Shown piece by piece: positions 46,856-60,540 of a stretch of 64,000 bases of DNA. How positions within the stretch are numbered: the stretch's first letter is position 1; the number at the start of each line of letters is the position of its first letter. The DNA is from Octopus bimaculoides (lineage: Eukaryota): assembly GCF_001194135.2 (NCBI RefSeq), contig NC_068987.1, positions 49,218,428 through 49,282,427 of the forward strand. Direction: 5' to 3'. The notes beneath the pieces are model-generated. The model made no database searches, was not told where the DNA came from, and saw only the letters and a program-made list of their open reading frames with translations. Position numbers and translations under genes: made by a program.

Positions 46856-48210
46856 CTGTATAAAAAGAAAAAGTAAAAGAGAGAAAATGAGTAAAAGGCA
46901 AGTTTGATTTCTTGGTTAAACAAAAATATGTACTGTTAATTTCTTAAGAATTTAGAAACTTTGAGAGATAGGGAATAAGTTGTTTTTAATGGTGGAACTT
47001 GAAGTAAATAAAGATATCAATAAGGTGTAGAATGCTGGATTAAAAACCTCATGGATGTAAAAAAAAAAAAAAAAAAAAGTTGAAGGCTGCCCATGGGGCT
47101 CAAACCCACATCTTCTATAAGCATGACCGTTGTTCAGTCATATCAAAGCAACCCCTTGAATTTTTTCCATCCATTTTTGAGAATAATATGTTGCTTACAT
47201 CTTAATAATTTAGAAAATTTGAGAGTTATGAAATAAATCATTTTTAGTTGTAGAACTCAAAGCTGACAATGCTATAAATAATAGCATGTAGGTAACCTTC
47301 AGCTTCAACTTCTTTCATCCAAGGGGCTTTTTAACATAACATTCTATACACTATTATTTATAACTTTATCTACTTGAAGTTACATCATTAGAAATAACTT
47401 ATTAAAAATATGTTTTGCTATGTATTAGTATTTATACATATGCAAACAGACACACATACAGATGCATGCATATACACATGCACATCGTTTGTTTTATATC
47501 TGTTTTACCACAGCAGGGTTTTGATGAGCACATTGTTTCTTTGCAGCTAGATGCCCTTCCTGACACTGACTGCTTTTTATGCAAGGGAAGATTTTTTATT
47601 CTACTTATTTTTAAAAATGCAGAGTTGAAGGATGATTTGTTAACAGGGAATACTGACAAACATCGGTGTTTTTAGCTCAATGTGCGAAAGTGTAGAACAT
47701 AAACATCACACAGACATATGCATTCACACATATGTACAACTGAACACAATTGTAATAAATTTGTAGAATTAATTACCATTTCCCCTGTATTCTCTTTGTA
47801 TTTTTCCTGACCATGCTACCAGGTATCCTTACACATCACTACTCACAAAGCATTTCCATTCTTCCCTTAATTACACCCTTCTCTTCAATTTGGGACCAAA
47901 TTCTTTGTCATTTTCCCATAATCTTCAAGATTTTCCCATTATCTTCAAGATCTTCCAAGTGGTCTCTTCTGATAACTTGGATACCACTTAACAACTGCAC
48001 TGGTCCACCTTTTGTCCATGAAGCTTGCCAGTCATCTAGCTTAGACGAGCTTGTGCTTTGCTACTTCATGATCACATTGTTTGCTCTACTCCAGTCTTGA
48101 ATTACCTCATTTCACATTCTAATGATGACAAAGAATTATGAATAGCACCCACTGCCACCAAACAAAAACTCCAGAAAACAAAAAAAAAATAATAGAAACA
48201 TGCTTTTTAC

Positions 48211-48307
48211 CTATATACAGGTACAGCAACCATGTCAGGGCCTGGTGCTTGAGCATGACGCCGTGCATGAGTTTCACAATACAATTTTGAATCAATAACA
48301 AAATATC
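48211..48307 (-). CDS. PDLIM: ALP/Zasp-family PDZ-LIM protein, last LIM exon
   Basis: CTCTCTTTCCAG|GA TAT...: GYFVIDSKLYCETHARRHAQAPGPDMVAVPVYR, like the PDLIM3/4 C-terminal GYF..EG.LYCETHAR...P motif; donor AG|GTAAAA. Confidence 0.9.
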
Positions 48308-48603
48308 CTGGAAAGAGAGAAAAAAGATGCATCAGTACCTGAATGCATATACCAATGTATATATACATGCTATATCCATGTACACACACACAAACACACA
48401 CACAGACACACACACACACTCACACACATGCACAAATACATACATATAGTTAGATACAAGTGTTTTTATATGAATGAGAAAAAGGAAGATTCATTGAATG
48501 AAGAACTCAATACATGCAGAGTCAAATATTGCCAACCTGGCATTGAGTGCTCTCATGTTTTATATAAAAATTTCACACATGTATGTATGTGTATAAATGA
48601 ATA

Positions 48604-48672
<69 letters not shown>

Positions 48673-51600
48673 NNNNNNNNNNNNNNNNNNNNNNNNNNNN
48701 NNNNNNNNNNNNNNNNNNNNNNNNNNNNNNNNNNNNNNNNNNNNNNNNNNNNNNNNNNNNNNNNNNNNNNNNNNNNNNNNNNNNNNNNNNNNNNNNNNNN
48801 NNNNNNNNNNNNNNNNNNNNNNNNNNNNNNNNNNNNNNNNNNNNNNNNNNNNNNNNNNNNNNNNNNNNNNNNNNNNNNNNNNNNNNNNNNNNNNNNNNNN
48901 NNNNNNNNNNNNNNNNNNNNNNNNNNNNNNNNNNNNNNNNNNNNNNNNNNNNNNNNNNNNNNNNNNNNNNNNNNNNNNNNNNNNNNNNNNNNNNNNNNNN
49001 NTATATATATATATATATGTGCACATATATGTATGTATATATTTCTCTCTTTTTACGCCTGCTTTCCATGCTGTCATGAGTTGGACGGTTTGACTGAGAA
49101 CTGGCAAGCTGGAAGGCTGCACCAGGCTCCAGTCCAATTTGGCAAGGTTTCTACAGCTGGATGCCCTTCCTAACACCAACCACTCCAAGAATGTAGTCGG
49201 TGCTTTTACGTGCCACCAGCATGTGAGCCAGTCAGGCAGCACTGGCATCATCCACGCTCATGTACATATATATGCACATATATGTATGTATTTATGCATA
49301 TGAATGTGTACACACACACACATGTGTGTGTGTGTGTGTACATTATCATTACCAACGCCGCCTCCCTTTATCTCTGATAATTTTCACTTACCATAATCAT
49401 CTGAGAGCTGAGTAGGCACATTCTACGCCCATTCCCAGAATCATTTCCATTCCTCGTTATATTTCTCCATCCATGCTTTCTCTTCTCTGCTATACTCCAT
49501 CCTTAATACCTCTTTCATCTCCTATCTCTTCCAATGCCCTCATATATCTAACATAACCCCTCCTCCCCCTTCAATTACTACAGCCACCTCTATCTCATCT
49601 AATCATCTCACTTCACATTCCTATGAAAGTTTGACCCCCCCCCCCCACGTCCATTCACCCAGTCCAATCCTCTGTATCATTTCACCTATATATTCCCTCC
49701 CACTGTACCACTCCCTCCATCTCTGTCTTTTTCTCTAAGTCTCCTTCTTCCTTCTCCTCCAACTGGAGATATCCTTGTATCTCTTCTACAACAAGATACC
49801 TATCTTTATCCTTCCATTATTCTTTTAGCCTTATCAACTGACACAAAGTCACCTCCCTCAATACTACTCCCCCTACTCAAGGGGACCTTTGTATTCTCTG
49901 ACTCTGCTGGTGTTGGTGCCATGAAAAAGCACCCAGTACACTCTAAATGACAATGATGATGAATTTTGGAAACAAAATATAATTGATAGGGTATCATAAT
50001 GAAAAGAATATAGTCAATGCAACCAACCATTTTGAATAAATTCATATTAAACATGCAAAACTGAAACAAGAAGCAAAAGAAAAATATTGATATTAACCTT
50101 TCATTGATATCAACCTTTCATTGATATTAACCTTTCTGATACCAACCTGGTCATGACCACCCCTCATCCTATGGCACGAACTTCCTGTTTTGACATGATT
50201 TATATTAAAAACTTCCATCAAAATTTCATGTCAATTTATGTCCCAAACACCAGCTTAGTTAGGACAAAGTTATTTTACTAAATGCTTTATTATTTTCTAA
50301 CTTAATTGAAGTAAAAGCAGAGGATTTCAACAGAAATATGGTAACAGAAGGGTCAATAATCACTTACAACCAAATTTGTCTTTCAAAGGCTCATCTAGTT
50401 AGTCATTTAAGTTGACATCATCATCATAATTTTAGCATCCTTATATGTCTGACTGAATTCACTGAGACAGATTTTCTATGGCTTGATGCCCTTACCAACC
50501 CTCACCTGTTTCCAAGTAAGGTAAGATTTCCTCATAGTTAGACATATTTTCACAGAATATTGGATACTACTTTTATGATAATGACACTTGTTTATAATTA
50601 GTTTGTGACGCCAAAACAAGGAGATACTAACACACACACACATGTACTATGGGCTTTCTTTTAGTTTCCGTTGATTAAGTCCACTTACAAGGCTTTCATC
50701 ACCCACAGTTATACTTGAAGACATTTTCCCAAGGTTCCATGCAGTAGGACTGAACCTGAAACCATGTGGTTGAGAAGAGAACGCCTTAACCACACAGCTA
50801 TGCCTTTTGACATGAAATCCAAGATGTCACTCACAAACAAGTATAATGTTATAACATGTACCATACTTTCACTCATTGGTTTAGGTGCTTGTGTATTAGT
50901 CATAAACAGATGTGACACTCTCTCAGCTCTCTTTCATTTGGCTCAGTGGAATACTGATGTGACAGCTGGTAAAAGAAAGAATGACATCAGGACTTAACTG
51001 GTAGTCATTTTCATCTGAATAGACAGGAGCAATGGGAAATGAAGTGCCTAGCTCAAGGGCACAACAAGAGCACTCAATCTTATGATTGTGAGCCCAACAC
51101 CCTAACCACTTGGCAATGGCACCTTCACATGAATCAAAATAAATTAACAGTGGATCATTATCATCTGAAAGTACATATGTCTACCAATCATGTTACAAAC
51201 ATCTTTCTGTTTGTAGTCTAAAGAGACTGATGTCTGTACACTATACCAATTGTTGTGATTCTGCATTGCATTTAACTGAGAGGAGACATGTAATTGTTTC
51301 AGTAAAAGTCATCTTCACTTTGTAGCTCTTTAAGCCTTTTCTTACAATATTTCTATTGAAATACACTGCTTTTCTTTCAATTAATTTTTAAAATATGAAA
51401 AAATTTAATAAAATAACTGTCCTTATTAACTTGGTGTTTGGGACATAACATGGAATCTTGCTGAAAGGTTAATTTAGATCACTTTTAAACAAGAAGTTTC
51501 TATAATTGAACTGAAGATGGTTGCAGGTGGGTTGGTATTGAAAGGGTTAAGAAGCAAGTTGTACTCCTTATTGAGCCAACTGTGTGTGTGTGTGTGTGTG

Positions 51601-51736
51601 CGCGCGCGCTGTAATGCTGTTAATGCTGTAATGGACTAGCATCTTGTCCAGGAGAAACCTTCAAGGGTAGGTTAGAGAATGCGTGATATTTCATTTTCAG
51701 TAGAGAAAAGCTATCAAGATATGCTAAGTTGCCTGG

Positions 51737-51784
<48 letters not shown>

Positions 51785-52806
51785 TACACGCACAAAATAA
51801 ATGTTTAACAAGAAAATGAAAAGATGATCATATGATAATTCACAACCAACCAAACAAACATGATGTCTATAGTTTTAATGNNNNNNNNNNNNNNNNNNNN
51901 NNNNNNNNNNNNNNNNNNNNNNNNNNNNNNNNNNNNNNNNNNNNNNNNNNNNNNNNNNNNNNNNNNNNNNNNNNNNNNNNNNNNNNNNNNNNNNNNNNNN
52001 NNNNNNNNNNNNNNNNNNNNNNNNNNNNNNNNNNNNNNNNNNNNNNNNNNNNNNNNNNNNNNNNNNNNNNNNNNNNNNNNNNNNNNNNNNNNNNNNNNNN
52101 NNNNNNNNNNNNNNNNNNNNNNNNNNNNNNNNNNNNNNNNNNNNNNNNNNNNNNNNNNNNNNNNNNNNNNNNNNNNNNNNNNNNNNNNNNNNNNNNNNNN
52201 NNNNNNNNNNNNNNNNNNNNNNNNNNNNNNNNNNNNNNNNNNNNNNNNNNNNNNNNNNNNNNNNNNNNNNNNNNNNNNNNNNNNNNNNNNNNNNNNNNNN
52301 NNNNNNNNNNNNNNNNNNNNNNNNNNNNNNNNNNNNNNNNNNNNNNNNNNNNNNNNNNNNNNNNNNNNNNNNNNNNNNNNNNNNNNNNNNNNNNNNNNNN
52401 NNNNNNNNNNNNNNNNNNNNNNNNNNNNNNNNNNNNNNNNNNNNNNNNNNNNNNNNNNNNNNNNNNNNNNNNNNNNNNNNNNNNNNNNNNNNNNNNNNNN
52501 NNNNNNNNNNNNNNNNNNNNNNNNNNNNNNNNNNNNNNNNNNNNNNNNNNNNNNNNNNNNNNNNNNNNNNNNNNNNNNNNNNNNNNNNNNNNNNNNNNNN
52601 NNNNNNNNNNNNNNNNNNNNNNNNNNNNNNNNNNNNNNNNNNNNNNNNNNNNNNNNNNNNNNNNNNNNNNNNNNNNNNNNNNNNNNNNNNNNNNNNNNNN
52701 NNNNNNNNNNNNNNNNNNNNNNNNNNNNNNNNNNNNNNNNNNNNNNNNNNNNNNNNNNNNNNNNNNNNNNNNNNNNNNNNNNNNNNNNNNNNNNNNNNNN
52801 NNNNNN

Positions 52807-53795
52807 CATAGCTGAAAGAACTGCTTGTGATTGGTATGCCAAGTTCAAAAATGGAAATTTTGACCTCAAAGACACACCTCCTTCTGGCCGTCCAGTTGAG
52901 TTCGATGAAGAGTGATTAAACCAACTTTTGCACAAAAATTCTCGTCAAACAACAAGGGAACTGGCAAAGAAAATGGAATGCTCCCACACTGCTATAGAGA
53001 AGCATCTTCACTCGATGGGAAAGGTTCAGAAGAAGTATGGAGCATGGGTTCTGCATGCTTTAAGTGACAACAACAAAAATCAACAAGCCACAATCTCCGC
53101 TGGTTTGCTTGCTTGTCACTGCTCAACTCATGTACACAAACAACGGTTTCTTTACCAAATTGTTACTGGCAACGAAAAATGGTGCCTGTACATCAATATC
53201 AAACAGTGTAAAGAATGGCTTAGCCCTGGTAAACAAGCAACACCGCGTGTGAAACAAGATCTTCATCAGCGTAAAATGATGTTGTGCGTATGGTGGAACT
53301 AAGAAGGGATTATCCATTACGAATTGCTTGAACGGAACCAAACAGTCAATGTGGAACTCTATCTATGTTCAACAGATGGAATGACTATTCAAGAGAAAAG
53401 ACCTAATCGGCAGCATGGAGTTTTTCTTCTGCACAACAACGCCCGCCTTCATATCGCTAATATGACCAAGGAAGCCATTCAAACGCATGGCTGGGAAGTG
53501 CTGCCACACCCGCCGTACCCTCCTGATTTGGCACCAATGGATTTCCACCTCTTTCGATCTCTTTCAAATGCTATGCGCAGAGTTTCGTTCAATACTGATG
53601 CAGAACTGAGAGCTTGGTTGGATCAATTTTTCGAGTCAAAATCGGGTGATTTCTACTAACGAGGTATTGAAAATCTTGTTGAATGTTGGTAAGAAGTTGT
53701 AAACAATAAGAGTGAATACATTATTGATTAATTAGTTGTTATTTTTTATTAAACCTTTTAAAAAATTTAAATTTAAACAAAACGGCATTTGATCT
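52807..53795 (+). mobile_element. Mariner (DD34D) transposase pseudogene in a PDZ-LIM intron, 5' part in a gap
   Basis: WYAKFKNGNFDLKD..SGRP, WVLH.L, TGNEKW, HNNARLH, HPPYPPDLAPMDFHLF with 34 residues between the 2nd and 3rd catalytic positions; internal stops. Confidence 0.92.
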
Positions 53796-54022
53796 GATAT
53801 TCTCATTGTTCTACCAATCCACCACCTTGGATAGGTACATTTTTATTGACCCTGAAAGGATAAAAGGAAAAGTTGACTTTGGTAGGATTTGAACTCAAAG
53901 TGTCAGAACAAATACCATGTAGCATTCTATCCAAAGCTCTGATGACACTGCTAATTCACAGTCACTATCTGGATATGTACATGCAGGAATGTCCAAGAAA
54001 GGCTTAGAAAGAAATTACTTAC

Positions 54023-54149
54023 GTAACAAGCATATCACATCCTCCACAGCGCATATGTTGAATCTGTTGTTGTTGCTTCTGAACAGCATCGAAATCAGTC
54101 TTTGGGGCACAGACTGAACGGAAACCAGAAGGCATGTCTTTGGCAATGG
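54023..54149 (-). CDS. PDLIM: ALP/Zasp-family PDZ-LIM protein, exon with GFRSV motif and start of the LIM domain
   Basis: TTTCATTACAG|CC...AC|GTAAGT encoding IAKDMPSGFRSVCAPKTDFDAVQKQQQQIQHMRCGGCDMLVT; GFRSV.AP and CxxC are ALP-subfamily hallmarks. Confidence 0.88.
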
Positions 54150-54323
54150 CTGTAATGAAAGCAAGTATATTGAATGCTAAAATATTGTTGAATAATAAAA
54201 TAATAACTGAATGTTTCATACTGAATGATACAAAATTAGAATTGGGGCACATATGATTGTGTGCATGCATATGTGTGTGCGTAAGTAGACAGAACTATAT
54301 ACACACACACATAAATATTTATG

Positions 54324-54357
<34 letters not shown>

Positions 54358-54930
54358 TATAGATATATAGATATAGATAGATAGATAGATAGCTAAACAG
54401 AGAGAGATAAAAAAGTATATAGATTTAGATGTACATATATAAGTGTATACGTAAATATATATTTATGAGTGGCTCATTAGATTCATGCACACATACATAC
54501 CATGCATACATATGTACATAGTTTAAAGTATACATTTATTAAATTATAATGAAACATGTATATAATTATACACACATACACAACATATATATACTCACAC
54601 ACAACAGGCTTCTTTATAGTTTCCATCTAACAAATATAGAAAGGTTAGCCTGGTCAGGGTTATAGCTGAAAGCACTTGCCCAAGGTGTCATGCAGTGGGA
54701 ACTGACCAAAAAATCACATGGTTTCAAAGTAAACTTCTTAAACAATGGCTGTGCCTGCACCTAACATTAATGGCGAAACTGGGTATAGCTTGGGTTTATA
54801 TTGAAAAACACAGATACATTCGCGCACACACACATATCAATATGTATAGCCAAGCTTCTACTGCACCAAATGCTTTGTCAGTGAATTTATTAGATGGAAA
54901 CTGTACAGAAAACCATTCTATATATGTTTA

Positions 54931-54992
<62 letters not shown>

Positions 54993-57477
54993 CATACATA
55001 TATACATACATATATACATACATATATACATACATACATATATACATACATACATACACACACACACATAAATACATATAGTGTAAATACAATGAACAAT
55101 GAAACAGACAACACAAGAAGAACAAAGTTTGATAAATATGGTATTAGCTGGAAAGAGAAAGTATCTTAATTAGTTCTCTTATTGAAGTAAAGATGTGAGA
55201 AGTTTGAGGTAGTGAAAAAAATTGATAAAGTGTTAGAAATCGAGTGGCTGTCTTGTTCAATGTGGGGTGGAATTAAAAAAAGAGAAAGGGACAGGTGTTT
55301 AGATGTGTCCACAAGTATAAGAGATGAGTAGAGATGTATGTGTGTATATGCATATGCAAGTGAACAGTGTGAATGTATGGAGGAGGATGAGTCAATGGGG
55401 GAAGGGGTACATGTGTACGTAAAAATTGTGTTAGAGTCTTGATGTGTAAATATTGGAATGGTGAGGGGGTAAGATGTAGATAGTGGGGATGGTGTGAATG
55501 GGGGTGAGACACAGGTAGAGATGTGGAAGAAAAGGGGAGGGAAGTAAGAGGAATAGTTGTGTAATTCCAGAGTAGGAAGTGCAAGTTAGGAAAAGTGAGA
55601 TGATGAATTTAGACCAAAGGGCATGTACATTGGGAGGAAAAAGATAAGTTCTGTTCCCTCTGAAAGTGAGAAACAGGTAAACCACTGCTAAGTTGGATGT
55701 CCCTGAGATACATTCTGCAAACCTGTCAGCCTACACACACACACATACAATAAGCATGGTTGTGTGGTTGAGAAATTTGCTTCATAACTTAAGCAATTGA
55801 ATTTGGGTTCAGCCCCACTGCTCAACACTGCGAGCAAGCATCTTCTTAGCCCTGGGCTAGTCAGAGCCTTGTGAGAGAATTCTGTGGACAGAAACTGAAA
55901 GAAGCCCATCAGATATATATATATATATATATACATAAACACACACATGTATCTGTGTGGGTATGCATGTATGTTTGTGTGAATGTTTGCAAAACAACTT
56001 GAGCTACAGGTACAATGACATCCCCATTTGCAGTTTATGTAGAAGCTGTGACATCATTGTTTGTGATTGGGTTGCAGCTGGTCAAGTTTGTTGACATTTC
56101 CTGTCAACAAAATTGTCTGCTATCTCTGTACTCTTGAATTCCTCCACAACTCAAAAAACAGGAAAAGGATGGCAACAGGAAGTACATTTGGCCATAAAAT
56201 TTACTTCTACTTAAATCATACAGCACAGAAAACATGTAAAGTTGGGGCTAACAAACTGAATGGAATGGTAGATATTGTAATTAATCAGCCCCAGTACATT
56301 ACAAGTACTTTATTTATTGACCTTTGACCCACTCACCTCATACCTTGAGGGACCACCCAGACATCTCATCACCATTTTTCTACCTCTTCAGCACCACTGA
56401 TCATTCTCACCCTCTCTTCTAAAATGTGGAAAGTCACATTTAGTCCTCCATAGTAAGAAACCTACTCTGCTCTTCTTCCTTCTCACATACTTTAACTCTT
56501 CATTTCCTAGCATAAAGCCACCCACCTTCACCCCTGCTGCAGGATTCATAGTCTTGTAAGCTGATTGGTAGTCAGCATGGAGCATGAATGTTAAATGATA
56601 ATGATGATGATTCCAAAAGGATGAAAAGCAAATATGACTTCTGTGAGATTTGAACATTGAATGTAGAGATCCAAAATGATTGCCTCATAACAATTTATCC
56701 AATGCTCCACTGACACTGCCAAATGACTACCTTATTAGCTAATATCCCTGATATAGACCAAACAAACTATGAAAGCAGCCTCTTCTACTTTAACTAACAA
56801 ATAAGACAAATTATCAATCAATATTTTACACAAAACATGCAATATATGTTACTTAAGTCCACAAGAAAAGGAATGAATGTGACACTGTTTTGTTCCTCTT
56901 CTCCAATCATAAAACTGGCTGTGTATCTATATGGCTCTCTGTCAGGTACAATGATGAGTGTTCCACTTGATTCGATCAACTGAACAGTCTTTCCTGTTTG
57001 TTTTTCTTTTATTTGTTTCAGTCATTTGACTGCAGCGCCACCTTGAGTTGAACAAATTGACCCCAGGATTTATTCTTTGTAAGCCTGGTACTTATTCTAT
57101 TGGTTTCTTTTGCCAAACCACTAAATTACAGGGATACAAACACACCAACATCAGTTGTCAAGCAATGGTGGTGTGGGACAGACACAGACACACACACACA
57201 TATATATATGTGTGTGTGTGTGTGTATCATCATCATCATCGCTTAATGTCCACTTTCCATGTTGGCATGGATTGGATGGTTTGACTGAGGACTCACGAGC
57301 CAGATGGCTGCACCAGGCTACAATCTGATATGGCAGAGTTTCTACAGCTGGATGCCCTTCCTAATGCCAACCACTCCGGGAGTGTAGTGGGTGCTTTTAC
57401 GTGCCACCAGCATGAGGGCCAGTCAGGCGGTAGTGGCAACGGCCACGCTCAAATGGTGATTTTTTACATGCCACCTA

Positions 57478-58502
57478 GACAGCTGCAGGAGAAATACCTA
57501 GCCAAAGATAAACCTCTGTACCTGGCTTTTGTTGACATGGAGAAAGCCTTTGACAGGGTCCCCCGATCCCTTATCTGGTGGTCAATGACGAAACTAGGGA
57601 TAGATGAATGGTTAATGAGAGCTGTGCAAGCCATGTACAGGGACGCTGTCAGTAAGGTGAGGGTTGACAACAAGTACAGTGAAGAATTCCAGGTAGAGGT
57701 AGGGGTCCACCAAGGTTCAGTCCTCAGCCCCCTCCTATTTATCATAGTCCTCTAGGCAATAACAGAAGAATTCAAGACAGGATGCNNNNNNNNNNNNNNN
57801 NNNNNNNNNNNNNNNNNNNNNNNNNNNNNNNNNNNNNNNNNNNNNNNNNNNNNNNNNNNNNNNNNNNNNNNNNNNNNNNNNNNNNNNNNNNNNNNNNNNN
57901 NNNNNNNNNNNNNNNNNNNNNNNNNNNNNNNNNNNNNNNNNNNNNNNNNNNNNNNNNNNNNNNNNNNNNNNNNNNNNNNNNNNNNNNNNNNNNNNNNNNN
58001 NNNNNNNNNNNNNNNNNNNNNNNNNNNNNNNNNNNNNNNNNNNNNNNNNNNNNNNNNNNNNNNNNNNGTACCCAGTGTAAGCTATGGACACATAAGAGGT
58101 GCAGCAATATCAAAGGAAGGCTAACTAGGAAGATAGTTTTTGTATGTGGCAGATGCGCAGGAGCAATAAATACTGAAAATGTGCAGAGAACAACTTCTGC
58201 CACATTCCAGGGAGAAAAACTAGAAGTAGTTGATAGCTTCTGTTACCTAGGTGAAGTAGTTGATAGCTTCTGTTACCTAGGTGACCAAGTCAGTAGCAAG
58301 GGTGGGTGCTCTGAAAGTGTAGCTGCTAGAATAAGAATAGCCTGGGCAAAGTTCAGAGAGCTCCTACCTCTGCTGGTGACAAAGGGCTTCTCGCTCAGAG
58401 TAAAAGGTAGACTTTATAACACATGTAGACTGTAAAAGGTAAACTGTATGACACATGTAGCCATGCTACATGGCAGTGAAACATGGGCCATGACTGCTGA
58501 GG
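57478..58502 (+). mobile_element. RTE LINE reverse-transcriptase fragment (gap in the middle)
   Basis: LQEKYLAKDKPLYLAFVDMEKAFDRVPR...GVHQGSVLSPLLFIIVL, then EVVDSFCYLGDQVSS...WAKFRELLPLL; same family as 41590. Confidence 0.92.
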
Positions 58503-58778
58503 ACATTTTATTTTGCATTATGTATCTATATAAGAAATGAATATATGACAACGATATCTACACGGAAAGGTATGAATGTTGCACTCTCATGTGTCATCTT
58601 TTAAATTCATGACTATGTATCTTTATAAGAAATGACTACAGGTTATTTCTCCAAGAAAGGATGGTACAAATCTTTAGAAGAAGGACACAAGTATAATATT
58701 TTGTTTTAAATAGATGTCCTCAGTATCCAAATACACGCCCAACACCTACACACACACACATATATATTCATTGTGTGA

Positions 58779-58816
<38 letters not shown>

Positions 58817-60079
58817 CAATTGTTTTTCCTAATAAATTTCTCAAACATAACAGTTTTAAGGTCACAGATTAGGAACTCTTTGTAATTAAAACAAAATTAA
58901 CATAGTCTGAGTAGTTTATATATGAACTGCTAATGTCTTTTAGCAATTTACTATTAGAAGAAAAATGTATAAAATATCTTTAAATGCATTTGTACTACAA
59001 TTTTCAAATGAATTTTAACAAAGTGTCTGTAAGAGAAAATGCATGGAATGTGGTGAAATATAAGCAAAAGCCATATAAACAGGTTACAAGAAAATAGTAT
59101 AGCTGTAAAAATGAAAGAAGTTTGTTAATTTTAGCAACAGGAAATCATCAAAATATTAAACAGAGTGTGGCAAAAAAGCCACCCAGATTAATCATTCTTG
59201 ATAAACACTTGAACAGTAAGTGCATGGTGTACACTGATACAAACCATGAGAATTACTAAAAGAAAATGATAAAACATTAAGTACACGGAGACAGCATTAC
59301 CACCTGTCTAACTTCACAAGTGCATCACAAATAGTTGTGTAAGTTATAGGACTTTTTTCTATTGTACCCTGTAATACTGGAAAATTTCTCAAGTATCAGC
59401 AGAAATTGTAACATTGTAGAAGTTTTTATCATTGCTTTGTATGTTGAGATTCCAATTTAAAAAAAAAAAAAAAAAGAAATAAGAAAATCATAAATGTTAT
59501 AAATGTACAAGTATGTAATAATACAAAATTATAGACCAATACATAAGCAGGTGTAACATCATTTAATATCCATTTTTCCATGTTTGCATGGGTACAAAAC
59601 TTGTTGAGGCAGATTTTCTATAGTTAGATGCCCCACCTGTCACCAACTTTCATCTGGTTCGAAGCTTAGTAATATTTTCCCCACAGTCAGAAAATGTTTT
59701 TCATGGAGGACTAGAAACAAACAATATTCTTTTCTACTCTGAGCACAAGGTCTAAAATTTTGGGGGAGGGGGTTAGTCAATTAGATCGACCCAGTATGCA
59801 ACTGGTACTTAATTTATTGACCCCGAAAGGATGAAATGCAAAGGTGACCTCGGTGGAATTTAAACTCAGAACGTAAAGACAGACAAAATACCGCTAAGTA
59901 TTTCGCCCAGTGTGCTAATGTTTCTGCCAGTTCGCCGCCATGGAAATAAACAATATTGTTTGTATGATGATGAAGCTCTTACAACCATCATGTGACGTCA
60001 CAACAAAAAGACACACAAACACTCCTTTACAAACTACACAATGGGCTTCTTTCAGTTTCTATCTAGGTAGGAATAAGTG

Positions 60080-60540
60080 AGTGCAATGTCATTAGTTTAT
60101 GAACTTTTATGGATGTGTGAGAAGGTTGTGTAAGTACAGGTTGAAAAAGTGCAAGTGAGAGAACAGATCCCTGTAGTTAACCATTCAGGTAATTGCAGTT
60201 TCTGAAGTATTGTTGTTGTACACTATACAGGTTTGGTGACCTGACAAACAGTTTGCTTGACAGCATTCTGGTTTGTTTCTTAATGTTGAGTATCTTTCAT
60301 GTGAGTGGATATCAAGGAACAGAGTTAATAACTTTACTGATGTTGGTGCATGCTATAATGGTATGTATGGAACAATTTTGTGTTATTAAAGCCTCCATCT
60401 ATTTTCTGTGTTAGGTTTGTGAATAGTGTGTGGTTGAGTTTAGTGGTCTGAATCCATTGATGAGATTTGAAGAGTGGGATGTGTGGGTTAGTTATGTCAA
60501 ATATTAGCTTGTCTAGAATTTTGAGGGTGTACATAGGAAG
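60080..60540 (-). mobile_element. Highly decayed Penelope-like (GIY-YIG region) remnant
   Basis: Minus frames give CTNISKVINS, RNKPECCQANCLS...IVY and HKSS, resembling the PLE SYSC..N..II.SHN / CNCR...C..L...VY / NHKSSF motifs; weak. Confidence 0.4.

Noticed and set aside
49350-49900. Pyrimidine-rich tract (and a purine-rich tract at 55260-55680) with protein-like translation
   Set aside because: Frequent stops and no assignable motif; probably an old repeat remnant, not the missing LIM exon.
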